A stretch of 64,000 nucleotides of DNA from an uncultured Candidatus Rokubacteria bacterium (GTDB lineage Bacteria; Methylomirabilota; Methylomirabilia; Rokubacteriales; CSP1-6). The DNA is taken from assembly GCA_963747235.1 (NCBI GenBank), contig CAVVEU010000033.1, positions 32,001-96,000 of the forward strand, written 5' to 3'. The notes beneath the pieces were generated by a model that saw only the letters and a list, made by a program, of their open reading frames with translations, did no database searches and was not told the DNA's origin. Positions 42,600-53,055 of this stretch are shown one piece after another (the stretch's first letter is position 1; the number at the start of each line of letters is the position of its first letter). Made by a program: the position numbers and the translations under genes.

Positions 42600-43853
42600 A
42601 TGAGACTCCGGGTCCTCGGAATCGTGCTGGCGGGTGGCAAGGGCACCCGTCTCTATCCGCTGACCAAGGAGCGGGCGAAGCCGGCGGTGCCCTTCGGGGG
42701 CAAGTACCGCATCATCGACTTCGTCCTCAGCAACTTCATCAACTCGGGCATCTATTCGATCTACGTCCTGACCCAGTTCAAGAGCCAGTCGCTGCTGCAG
42801 CACCTCTCGGACGGCTGGCAGTTCGGCGGCCTGCTCAAGGACCAGTTCATCATCCCGGTGCCCGCCCAGATGCGCTCCGCCGGGGAGACGTGGTACCGGG
42901 GCACCGCCGACGCCATCTACCAGAACGTCAACCTCATCGAGCAGTCCGATCCGCACCTGGTCGCCATCTTCGGCGCCGACCACATCTACCGCATGAACAT
43001 CTCGAGCATGATCGAGTACCACGAGCAGAAGCGCGCCGAGATCACGGTGGCCGCGATCCCGGTGGATCGGCGCTACGCGGCCGAGTTCGGGGTGATCGAG
43101 ACCGCGCGGGACGGCCACATCATCGGGTTCCACGAGAAGCGCGCCGACGCGCCCACCATCCCCGGCGACCCGGACCGCGTCTACGCCTCGATGGGCAACT
43201 ACATCTTCTCGACCCGGACGCTCCTGCGCGAGCTCTACGCGGACGCGGCCCGCGAGAGCAGCACCCACGACTTCGGGCGGGACATGCTGCCCTCGCTGGT
43301 GAACCGCCTCGACATGTTCGCCTACGACTTCCAGACCAACCAGATCCCCGGCGAGGCCTCGGGCGCGGCGGTCTACTGGCGCGACGTGGGCACGATCGAC
43401 GCCTACTACGAGGCCAACATGGACCTGCGCGCGGTGAGCCCGGCGCTGAACCTCTACAACCGCCAGTGGCCGCTGCGCACCGCCAGCTACGCCGACCCGC
43501 CCGCCAAGTTCACCTTCGACGACGACGGCCGGCGCGGCCAGGCCATCGACTCGATGGTCTCGGGCGGCTGCATCCTCTCGGGCGGCATGGTGCGCAACTC
43601 GGTGCTGGGCCGCCACGTGCGGGTGCACACCGGCGCGGTGGTGGAGGACTCGGTGATCCTCGACAACTGCGACATCGGCCGGCGGGCGCGGATCCGGCGG
43701 GCCATTCTCGACAAGAACGTGCGGATCCCCGAGGGGGCGACCGTCGGGTACGACCTCGAGCTGGATAAGCGGCGGCACCATGTCACCGAGTCCGGGATCG
43801 TCGTCGTCGAAGGTCTGCGGTCCTCGGTCGATATCGCGTCGATCGTCATCTGA
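42600..43853 (+). CDS. glgC: Glucose-1-phosphate adenylyltransferase
   Basis: LAGGKGTRLYPLT, RAKPAVPFGG, WYRGTADA, SMGNYIF, YWRDVGT. Confidence 0.96.
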   Translation: MRLRVLGIVLAGGKGTRLYPLTKERAKPAVPFGGKYRIIDFVLSNFINSGIYSIYVLTQFKSQSLLQHLSDGWQFGGLLKDQFIIPVPAQMRSAGETWYRGTADAIYQNVNLIEQSDPHLVAIFGADHIYRMNISSMIEYHEQKRAEITVAAIPVDRRYAAEFGVIETARDGHIIGFHEKRADAPTIPGDPDRVYASMGNYIFSTRTLLRELYADAARESSTHDFGRDMLPSLVNRLDMFAYDFQTNQIPGEASGAAVYWRDVGTIDAYYEANMDLRAVSPALNLYNRQWPLRTASYADPPAKFTFDDDGRRGQAIDSMVSGGCILSGGMVRNSVLGRHVRVHTGAVVEDSVILDNCDIGRRARIRRAILDKNVRIPEGATVGYDLELDKRRHHVTESGIVVVEGLRSSVDIASIVI

Positions 43854-43878
43854 CGCGCGCGCGCGTCGCGGCCGCTGA

Positions 43879-44042
43879 CGGAGCGACCGGGCCGGGGGGC
43901 GGGGGGTGGGCCTCTACCCACGACACGCTGTCTGGTCTTCTGCGAATAGCAGTTCCCAATCTGGGAGGGCGAGGTTCCTGGCTTTCGTTGGCGGGGAACG
44001 GGGTACCCGGCCCACCCCCCGCCCCCCGGCCCGGCCGCTCCG
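43879..44042. mobile_element. MITE-like element with 34-bp inverted repeats
   Basis: 43879-43912 and 44009-44042 are reverse complements at 33/34 positions around a 96-bp core. Confidence 0.55.
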
Positions 44043-44121
44043 CCGTGAGGTTCCTCTATTCTTTCTATTCCAGCGTTAGCATGCGGCAGTGAGCAACGGC
44101 CTGCGCGGCAGTGCGGTGGCG

Positions 44122-44915
44122 TGAGTCAGACTTCCTGCCTTCTTCTCGGTTGACGGGGAGCGGTTCGTCCCGTCGGCTTCGGCGCGGGGGCCGTGGAGTG
44201 CGCGGCATCAGCATGGGGGGCCGCCGGCCGCGCTGCTCGCGCGGGCGTTCGCGCGCCACGCGGGCCCTGAGGCGCAGATCGCGCGGATGACCTTTGATTT
44301 CTTGCGGCCGGTGCCGCTGGCGCCGTTGACGGTTGCGACGCGGGTGGTGCGGGCGGGGGCCAAGGTGCAGCGGCTTGCCGGTACGGTGCTGGCCGAGGAC
44401 GGGGTCGCGGTGATCGAGGCGTCGTGTCTCGTGATGCGTGTCGCGCCGGATAGCGTTGTCGTGCCGCGCGAGACGGTTGGGGCGCCGGCGCCGCCTGAGC
44501 AGAGCGTGCCGTTCGAGCTGCCGTTCATGTCCGGGGACGAGGGATACCACCGGGCGGTCGAGTGGCGGATCGCGAAGGGGACGTGGGGGCGTGGGCCGGT
44601 GGCGGGGTGGCTCCGGCTGCGCGTGCCGCTCGTCGCGGGCGAGACGCCGACGCCCCGCTCGAGTGCCTCGTCGCCACCGCTGACTCCGCGAGCGGCCTGG
44701 CGGTCGTCGTGGACCCGGCCCGCGCGACGTTCGTGAACGGTGACCTGACGATCGCCCTGCATCGCGCGCCGGCCGGCGAATGGATGTGCCTCGACGCGGC
44801 CACGACCGGCGAGGCGCACGGGATCGGCCTGACGCGCGCGCGCCTGTGGGACACGGCCGGCCTGGTGGGGCGCTCGCTCCAGACGCTGCTCCTCGAGCCC
44901 CGCGCCGGCGGCTGA
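44122..44915 (+). CDS. Acyl-CoA thioesterase-like double hotdog protein (frameshifts ~44135 and ~44657)
   Basis: ARGPWSAAHQHGGPPAALLARA, FDFLRPVP, ADSASG, FVNGDLTIALHR. Confidence 0.75.
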
Positions 44916-44924
44916 GGACGCGCG

Positions 44925-45888
44925 CTAGTAGCCCTTCTGCTTGTCGATGAGGGCGATCAGGGGGCGGCCGGCGCGCCGGCGGCGGAGGTTCTCGCAGAAG
45001 GTGGCGATCACGCGGCCGGCGCGGCGGGGGGAGCCGCCCGCGGTGTGCGGCGTGATGATCGCGCGCGGGTGAGTCCAGAGCGGGTGGTCCTTCGGCAAGC
45101 GGCTCGGGGTCGGTGACGTCGAGGCCGACGGCCCAGATCAGGTTCTCCTCGAGGGCGGCGAGGACGTCCTCGCCGCGGATGATCTCGCCGCGGGTGACGT
45201 TGATGAGGATGGCGGTGCGCTTCATCTGGAGGAAGCGCTCGCGGGTGAAGAGGTGGTGGGTGGCCTTGGTGAGCGGGAGGCCGATCACCACCGCGTCGGA
45301 GGCGCCGAGGAGGTCGGCCAGACGGTCGGCGGGCCAGATCGCCTCGACGCCAGGCTCTGGATCGACCGCTCAATGTCCACGCCGAGGACGCGCATGCCGA
45401 AGCCGACGGCGCGCCGGGCCACCGCGCGGCCGGTGCCGCCGAAGCCCACGATGCCCAGGGTCTGCTCGTAGAGCTCGCGCTGGTGGACGCGGATGGGCTC
45501 GCGCAGCTCGTAGTCGGGGGTGCGAATCGCGGTGTGGAGGCCGCGGGTCAGCGCCAGCAGCAGCGCGAAGGCGTGCTCGGCCAGGTGGATGCCGACCTCG
45601 CCCTTCTCGCTGGCCAGCGGCACGTCGTGATTGATCAGCTCGGGGGTGAGGATGCTGTCCACCCCGGCGCCGATCGAGTGGTAGTAGACGAGGCGCGTGG
45701 CGAGGGAGAAGAGCTCGGGGCTGCACGCGCCCGAAGATGACGTCGGTGTCGGGCAGCTCGCGCCGCTGGGCCGCCTTGTCCTTCACCTCCACGATGCGGG
45801 CGCCGGGGCCCGCCGCCTCCAGGATGCCGGCGCGGTCCGCGGCGGTGAGGCCGGAGACGATCAGGTTCGGGACGAAGAGGATCTTCAC
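44925..45888 (-). CDS. D-2-hydroxyacid dehydrogenase (several frameshifts)
   Basis: GIVGFGGTG, INVTRG, GLDVTDPEP, ITPHTAG distributed over frames. Confidence 0.78.
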
Positions 45889-46860
45889 GGCTGCTGGAGC
45901 TCCGGGATCACCCACTTCGGCGCGCGGCCCGCGGCCACGCGCTGGATATTGTCGAAGCCGTTGCGGAAGCGCGCGGTCCAGTTCTCCCACGTCGGCCCCG
46001 CCGAGTGGGGCGTGAGCGTCACGTTCGGCAGGTGGAAGAGCGGATGGTCCTTGGCGGGCGGCTCGTCCACCAGCACGTCGAGCCCGGCCGCCGCGACCTG
46101 GCCTCGGGTGAGCGCGGTGTAGAGCGCGGCCTCGTCCACCACCGGGCCCCGGCAGGTGTTGATCAGGATCGCCCCCGGCTTCATCTGGGCGAACTCGGCG
46201 CGCCCCCAGCATGTGCCGCGTCGTGTCGTCGAGCGGCACGTGCAGGCTCACCACGTCGGAGGTGCGCAGCAGTTCGGGCAGCAGCACGAAGCGGACGCCG
46301 AGGGCGTCTTCCTCGGCCTCGGTGAGGCGCGCGATGTCGTAGTACTGCACGGTCATGTCGAAGGCCGCGGCGCGCCGCGCGACCTTCTTGCCGATATTGC
46401 CCAGGCCCACGATGCCGAGCGTGCGGCGCGAGAGCTCGTAGACCCGCTGGTCGTCGAAGCCGCCCACCCGCCACTTGCCCGCCACCACGTCGTTGTGGAA
46501 GCGCACGACGCGCTTCAGCACCGCCAGGATCAGCATGAGGGTGTGCTCGGCCACCGCGATGGCGTTGGCGCCGCCGTTGTTGGAGACCGGCACCTTCGCC
46601 TTGCGCGCGGCCTCGATGTCCACCCGGTCGTAGCCCGCGGAGAGGAGCTGCACCAGCTTGAGGTTGGGCGCGGAGCGGAAGAACTCCCCGCCCATCTGGC
46701 GGGCCAGGCCCAGGTAGTACTCGGCCTGCCCCGCCGCCGCGTAGAACTCGGGCGTGCCGAACTCGGCGATCAGCAGCTCGAAGCCGGCGGGGGTGAGGGA
46801 GCGCGCGATCTCGAGGACCGCGTCGGACTGCTTGGGGGCGACGAGGATCTTGGTGGCCAT
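45885..46860 (-). CDS. D-2-hydroxyacid dehydrogenase (frameshift ~46200)
   Basis: AVAEH, GIVGLGNIG, INTCRGPVVDE, AGLDV, LTPHSAG. Confidence 0.85.
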
Positions 46861-46861
46861 C

Positions 46862-47204
46862 TCATTGCTCCTCGAGCGGAATGGTCGCGGTGAGGCAGGG
46901 CACGCTGCCGTGCACCCGCGTGGTGTGCCCCTGCCCGGTGGTGTCCTCCACCAGCCGCGCGTCGCCGGGGCCGAAGACCTGCTTGGAGCCGTCGCCCAGG
47001 CCGATCTCGAGCTGGCCCGGAGAGGATGATGACGAACTGGCGCCGCGGGGCGGGATGCCAGTCGATGAAATTGCCGACCGGACTCTCCCGGAAGGCGATC
47101 TGGGTCGTCGCGAGCCCCTTCGTCCACGAGGGGGTGCGCGCGAGATCGATCGGTTCGATGTGGGACTGCCCGTCCTTGCCGGTGTAGAGCCGGAATGTCT
47201 TCAT
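46862..47204 (-). CDS. Small cupin-like protein (frameshift ~47020)
   Basis: RLYTGKDGQSH, WHPAPRRQFVIILSG, LVEDTTGQGHTT. Confidence 0.75.
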
Positions 47205-47289
47205 GGCGCCCTCGCTCCTGACCGTCTTGTGGGGTGAGCGCGGGGATTATATCATCGGGCCCTCGGCTCGCCCGGGAGGGCCCGCCCCC

Positions 47290-48833
47290 ATGCGACGACT
47301 CATCGCCGTCCTCGTCGTCATCGCGTTGCAGACGTGCCTGGCCGTGGTCGGGTCGGCGCAGACCGGCGGGCCCGCGCCCGCGGGCCAGATGACCTGGGCG
47401 GTGCACTTCACCCTCGCCCCGCGCTGGCTCGATCCCGGCGAGAGCGAGGGCTCGATCACGCCCTTCCTCACCCTCTACGCGGTCCACGACGCGATGCTCA
47501 AGCCGATGCCGTCGGGGCCCAGCGCGAACAGCCTGGCCGAGTCGTGGACCGTCTCGCCCAACGGCCTCGTCTACGACTTCACGCTGCGCGCCAACGCGCG
47601 CTTCCACAACGGCGAGCGGGTGACCGCGGAGGACGTGAAGTTCTCCTTCGAGCGCTACCGCGGGGCCAACGCGACCACGTTCAAGGAGCGCGTCCAGGAA
47701 GTCCGCGTGCTCGACCCGAGACGCATCCAGTTTCACCTGAAGGAGCCGTGGTCGGACTTCATCACCTTCTACGGCACCACCGCGAGCACCGCAGGCTGGG
47801 TCGTGCCGAAGAAGTACGTCGAGCAGGTGGGCGACGAGGGCTTCAAGAAGGCCCCGATCGGCGCGGGGCCCTACAAGGTCACGAGCTTCACGCCGGGGGT
47901 GGAGCTCCAGCTCGAGGCCTTCGACGGCTACTGGCGGAAGACGCCCGCGGTGAAGAAGCTGATCTTCCGCAGCCTGCCCGACGAGACCACCCGCGCCGCC
48001 GCGCTCAAGCGGGGCGACGTGGACGTGGCCTACTTCCTCAACGGCCCGATCGCGGAGGAGGTGCGGCGCACGCCGGGCCTGCGCCTGATGGCGGTGCGCA
48101 GCAACACCGTCTTCTTCCTCGACTTCCGCGGCCAGTGGGAGGCCGGCTCGCCCTGGCAGGACCCGCGGGTGCGCATGGCGGCCAGCGTCGCCATCGACCG
48201 GCAAGCGCGATGAACGACGCCGAGCAGCTCGGCTTCGGCGGCCTCACCGGCAACGTGGTGCCGCGCGCGCTCGACTTCGCGCTGCCCATCGACGCGGACC
48301 CCTACGATCCCGCGCGGGCCAAGCGCCTCCTCGCCGAGGCCGGCTTCCCGCGCGGGCTCGACGCGGGCGACTTCACGATCGCGCCGCCCTACGAGGGCAC
48401 CGGCGAGGCCATCGCGAACTACCTGGCCGCGGTGGGCATCCGCGTGAAGATCCGCACCATGGAGCGCGCCGCCTTCTTCTCGGCCTGGCCCCAGGGCAAG
48501 CTCAAGGGGCTGGTCTTCGGCGGCCTCGGCCCCGCGGGCAACGCGGCCACGCGCCTGGCCATCCTGGCGGTCAAGGGCGGCCCCTACACCGCGGGCGTGC
48601 TGCCCGAGGTGCAGGACCTCTTCGAGCGGCAGGCGCGCGAGCCCGACCGCAAGAAGCGCGAGCAGCTGCTGCACCAGATCCAGCGCATCCTGCACGAGAA
48701 GAAGATCTTCGCTCCCATCTGGGAGAACGGCTTCATCCGCGGCGTGGGCCCTCGTGTGGAAGAGCCCGCGCTCGCCCTCATTCCCGCGTTCCCGTACTCC
48801 GCGCCCTACGAAGACGTCCGGCTCAAGCCCTGA
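47290..48833 (+). CDS. ABC transporter substrate-binding protein, family 5 (frameshift ~48207)
   Basis: SLAESWTVS, FHNGERVTAEDVKFS, PIGAGPYK, YDPARAKRLLAEAG. No cognate permease adjacent. Confidence 0.88.
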
Positions 48834-48843
48834 GGAGGCCCCC

Positions 48844-50038
48844 ATGCGCTACGAGATGATCTCCGCCGACTGCCACCTCGATCTCTGCTGGCTCCCGCCG
48901 GATCTCTTCACGACCAACGCGACCGCCGCGCTGCGCGACCGCATGCCCCACGTGATCGATCAGCCCAAGGGGCCCACGTGGGTCACCAAGAAGGGCGCCA
49001 ATCTCGGCCTGGCCTGCGGCATGGGCTCGGCCGGGCGCGAGTACGTGCCCGGGCGCATCCATCGCGCGGACCGCATGGCCGAGACCGGCCTCTACTCGGA
49101 CGGCAAGAAGGGCATCCGGCGGCTGACCGTGCCGGAGCTGCGCCTGAAGGATCAGGATCTCGACGGCGTGCAGGCCGAGGTCCTCTACGGCATCCTGGGC
49201 GCCACCGGGCGCATGAACGATCCGGAAGCGGTGGTCGAGGTCATGCGGGTCTACAACGAGTGGCTCGCCGACTTCTGCTCCACGCACCCCGAGCGCTTCG
49301 CCGGGCTCGCGTCGATCCCGAACACCCCGATGGACGCGGCGATCGCGGAGGTCGAGCGCGTGGCCAAGCGCGGCGCGGTGCGCGGGCTCGACATCGCCAA
49401 CTCCACGGACCTGACGCCGCTCTGGGATCCCTACTGGAACCCGCTCTGGGAAGTCATCAGCGCGAGCGGCCTGCCGCTGCATTTCCACACCATCGGCAGC
49501 CGGCTCCCCGAGGATCTGCAGAAGCTCGTGTTCCTCGGCTCCGATCTCACCCGCGCGGGCAGAGGACGTGACCGACGCGCAGAAGCGCGAGGCCCGCATC
49601 GCCTTCGCCACCCACATCACCGGCTTCCAGATCAACATGGCCAATATCCTGATGGCCATGATCTACGGCGGCGTGCTCGAGCGGTTCCCGCGGCTGCGCG
49701 TGGTGCTGGGCGAGGCGGGCATCGGCTGGATCCCGTACATCCTGTGGCGGATGGACGGCGAGTGGGAGGACCAGTTCAAGGATCTCTCGCTCACGATGCC
49801 GCCGAGCGAGTACTGGAAGCGCCAGGTGTGGGCGACCTACCAGACCGATCCGGTGGGCGTGAAGCTGCTCGACGAGCTGGGCGTGGACAAGGTCATGTGG
49901 GGCTCCGACTTCCCGCACCCCGACGGGGTGTGGCCCGACTCCCGCGAGTACATCGCCCGCGAGCTGGGCCATCTCCCGGCCGCCACGCGCCGCGCGATCG
50001 TCTGCGACAACGCGGCGCGCCTCTACAACTTCACGTAG
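48844..50038 (+). CDS. Amidohydrolase_2 family protein (frameshift ~49560)
   Basis: ISADCH, YNEWLADFC, HFH, EAGIGW, MWGSDFPH. Confidence 0.87.
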
Positions 50039-50039
50039 C

Positions 50040-50568
50040 CTACTTGGAGGCGGCGGTGGGCTTGGACTTGCCGCCGCTCTTCTCGTAGGCGTCCACCGCG
50101 CGCTTGAGGTCGCGGTACTCGCCGCACGTGATCAGGCAGAGCGAGCTGAGCGTGGTGAGGTGCTCCTTGGCCTTGGCCAGGTTGTCGAGCATCAGGTAGG
50201 CCTCGCCGATGTACTCGTGCGCGCCCTTGTGCTTGGGGTCGATGGCCAGGGCCTTCTGATAGAGCGGGAGCGAGGCGGCCGGGTCACCGGTCTTGCGGGT
50301 GGCGTAGGCCAGCCAGTTGTAGGCGTCGGCGTTCTTGTCGTCGCGCGAGACCACGCCCTGGAGCAGCGGGATGGCCTTGGCGTACTCGTTGGCCTTGATG
50401 GCCTTCACCGCCGCCGAGTACTGCGGATCCTCGGGCTTGCCGGGATTGCTGATGGCCCCCTGACCGCCTCCGCCGCCGTCCGCGCCGGCCGGGCCGGGCA
50501 GCGCGATGGCGAGCAGCGTGAGGAGCAGGACGGCCGAGAAGCGCGGAGAATCGGTGCGGTGTCAGCAT
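50040..50568 (-). CDS. Secreted TPR-repeat protein (frameshift ~50540)
   Basis: Signal peptide; ADAYNWLAY...YQKALAIDPKHKGAHEYIGEAYL; C-x3-C. Confidence 0.75.
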
Positions 50569-50632
50569 GGCAAGCCCTCCCGGGCCTTGAACGCGGGAGA
50601 CGGGCCGGCGGTTCCCGGCCCGGCGCGGCGCG

Positions 50633-51415
50633 TCAGACGTCCCAGCCCCCGTCCACGGTGACGGACTGGCCGGTCATGTTCTTGGAGTCCTCGGAGACCA
50701 GGAAGAGCACCGCACGGGCGATGTCCTCCTGCGTGGTCACCCGGCGGAGCGCCATCTCGGCCACGTACTCGGCGTGGATCGCCTCCGGCGTGGTGCCGCG
50801 CTTCTTCGCCTTGTCGCGGCAGAGGCGCGCCATGCGCTCGCCGGTGACGATGCCCGGGTGCAGCGCGTTGACGTTGATGTTGTAGGGCCCCACCTCGAGC
50901 GCGACGGTGCGCGTGAACCCGCGCAGCGCCCACTTGGAGGCGGAGTAGGCCGCGCGCAGCTTGTAGCCGCGCAGCCCCGAGCTGCCGCTGATGTTGACGA
51001 TCTTGCCGTAGCGCTGCGCGATCATCACCGGCAGCACGTGCTTCGTCGGCAGGAAGGTGCCGCGCACGTTGACGCCCAGCACCTGGTCCCAGTCCTCCCC
51101 GCGGATCTCCCAGACCGGCGTCTCGACCGGGCCGGTCACGCCCGCCGCGTTGATCAGGATGTCCACGCGGCCGCCGAAGGTCTCGCGGGTGCGGGCGACC
51201 AGGCGCTCCACCGCGGCCTCGTCCACCACGTCGCAGGGCACCGCCAGGGCGCGCCGGCCGGTGGCCACGACCTCGCGGGCCACCGCCTCGAGCGGCGCGG
51301 CCTCGCGCGCGGCCAGCACCACGTGCGCGCCCTCGCCCGCCAGCGCGAGGCAGATGTCGCGGCCCATGCCCTTGGCCGCGCCGGTGACGATGGCGACCCG
51401 ATCGGCGAGCTTCAT
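50633..51415 (-). CDS. SDR family oxidoreductase
   Basis: TGAAKGMG, NAAG, YSASK. Confidence 0.92.
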   Translation of the reverse strand: MKLADRVAIVTGAAKGMGRDICLALAGEGAHVVLAAREAAPLEAVAREVVATGRRALAVPCDVVDEAAVERLVARTRETFGGRVDILINAAGVTGPVETPVWEIRGEDWDQVLGVNVRGTFLPTKHVLPVMIAQRYGKIVNISGSSGLRGYKLRAAYSASKWALRGFTRTVALEVGPYNINVNALHPGIVTGERMARLCRDKAKKRGTTPEAIHAEYVAEMALRRVTTQEDIARAVLFLVSEDSKNMTGQSVTVDGGWDV

Positions 51416-53055
51416 CGCGCGTAGCCCTCGCGGCGATCGGCCTCGCGGGCCGCGGCCGGCCGCTCGGCGGGCGGGCCGAAGCCGCCGCCGCCCGAGGTCT
51501 CGATCACCACGAGATCCCCGGCGGAGAGGCGCACCGTCTCCTTGCCGCGCAGGTCCCGCGCGCGCGGCCCCGGGTTGAGCGTCACCCGGAACGGCAGGCC
51601 GTCGGCGCCACCCGCGATGCCCCACGGCGGGATCACGCGCCGCTCGAGCATGGTGGTGAGCGAGACCTCGTCCGCGGTCACCCGGTACGCGCGGCGCAGG
51701 CCGAGCCCGCCGCGCTGCCGCCCATCGCCGCCCGAGCCGTCACGGAGGGCCTGCTCCTCGACCACGATCGGGTACTCGTGCTCGATCACCTCGACCGGCG
51801 TGTTCATCACGTTCGACATGTGCACGCGGGTCGCGGAGGAGCCGTCGGCGCCATGCGTCGCTCCGGCGCCCCCGCCGTGCACCTCGTAGAAGATGCCCCA
51901 GCCGCCGTCCGGCCGGCGCGTCCCGAAGATCATGAGCCCGGCGGTGGTGGGGCCGCCCGCCGAGATGCGGTCCCCCAGCGCGGGAGCCAGCGCGCGGAAG
52001 ATGGCGTCCACCGCGCGCTGCGACGTCTCGTGATTGCCGCCCACCACCGGGCGGTCCGGGTCCGCGCTCAGCACGGTCCCCGGCGGGACCACGACCGTCA
52101 ACGGCCGGTAGCAGCCGTCGTTGGGCGGCACGTCGGGAGCGACGAGCGCCTTCATCGCGTAGTACACCGCCGAGCAGGCGATGAAGTAGGTCGTGTTCAC
52201 GGGCCCGCGCGCCTGCGGCGCGGTGCCGGTGAAATCGAACGTGGCCTCGTCCCCACGGATCTCGACGCGCACCGCCACCCGGATCGGCCGGTCGTCCACC
52301 CCGTCGTCGTCGAGATGGTCCTCACCCTCCCAGACCCCGTCGGGCAGCGCCGCGATCGCGGCGCGCATCTGCTGCTCGGACTCGGCGTGCAGGCGCTCGA
52401 AGCACGCCGCGAGCGTGTCGGCCCCGTAGCGCTCGGCCAGCTCGACGAGACGCCGCGCCGCCACGTCGTTGGCCGCGAACTGGGCCAGCATGTCCCCTTC
52501 CCGCTCCTCGCGGCCGCGCACGTTCGAGAGCACGAGGTCGATGGCGTGACGCTCCGGCCCCGCCGCGGTGAAGAGCCGGATCGGCGCGATCCGCAACCCT
52601 TCGAGGTAGCACTCGGTGGCCGACGGCACGTAGCTGCCCGGCACCGCGCCGCCGATGTCCGCCCAGTGCGCCAGGTTGATCGCGAACGCGATGAGCCGGC
52701 CCTGGTGGAAGACCGGGCGCACCGCCTTCACGTCGGGCAGGTGATTGCCCCCCACCTCGGGCAGGTTGAGGAACCAGACGTCGCCGTCGTGTAGCTCTTC
52801 GAGCGGCACCCGCTTGAGCAGCTCCTTCACCGTGAAGCCCATCACCCCCATGTGGATCGGGATGTCGCGCCCCTGCGCGATGAGGCGGCCCTCGGCATCC
52901 GTCAGCGCGGAGGAGAGGTCGCCCGCCTCCTTGAGGAGCGGCGAGCGCGCCGAGCGCATGATGATCACGCTCATCTCCTCGGCGATCGCGTAGAGCGCGT
53001 GGCGCACGACCTCCAGCGTGATCGGGTTGACGCGCGAGGCGCCCGGCCGGCTCAC
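51412..53055 (-). CDS. Hydantoinase B/oxoprolinase subunit
   Basis: RSARSP, GGNHLPD, HWADIGGAVPGS, EGLRI, NTPVE, DGSGGDG, GGGGFG. Confidence 0.92.
   Translation of the reverse strand: MSRPGASRVNPITLEVVRHALYAIAEEMSVIIMRSARSPLLKEAGDLSSALTDAEGRLIAQGRDIPIHMGVMGFTVKELLKRVPLEELHDGDVWFLNLPEVGGNHLPDVKAVRPVFHQGRLIAFAINLAHWADIGGAVPGSYVPSATECYLEGLRIAPIRLFTAAGPERHAIDLVLSNVRGREEREGDMLAQFAANDVAARRLVELAERYGADTLAACFERLHAESEQQMRAAIAALPDGVWEGEDHLDDDGVDDRPIRVAVRVEIRGDEATFDFTGTAPQARGPVNTTYFIACSAVYYAMKALVAPDVPPNDGCYRPLTVVVPPGTVLSADPDRPVVGGNHETSQRAVDAIFRALAPALGDRISAGGPTTAGLMIFGTRRPDGGWGIFYEVHGGGAGATHGADGSSATRVHMSNVMNTPVEVIEHEYPIVVEEQALRDGSGGDGRQRGGLGLRRAYRVTADEVSLTTMLERRVIPPWGIAGGADGLPFRVTLNPGPRARDLRGKETVRLSAGDLVVIETSGGGGFGPPAERPAAAREADRREGYAR

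Noticed and set aside
44050-44620. More T-ending codons in the 5' part of the thioesterase gene as evidence of horizontal transfer
   Set aside because: The shift occurs within one gene next to several indels; local sequence quality or drift explains it equally well.
48200-48215. TGA ending the first half of the family-5 SBP as a possible second Sec site
   Set aside because: The protein continues in a different frame (DRQA/MNDAEQ), so this is an indel and not in-frame read-through.
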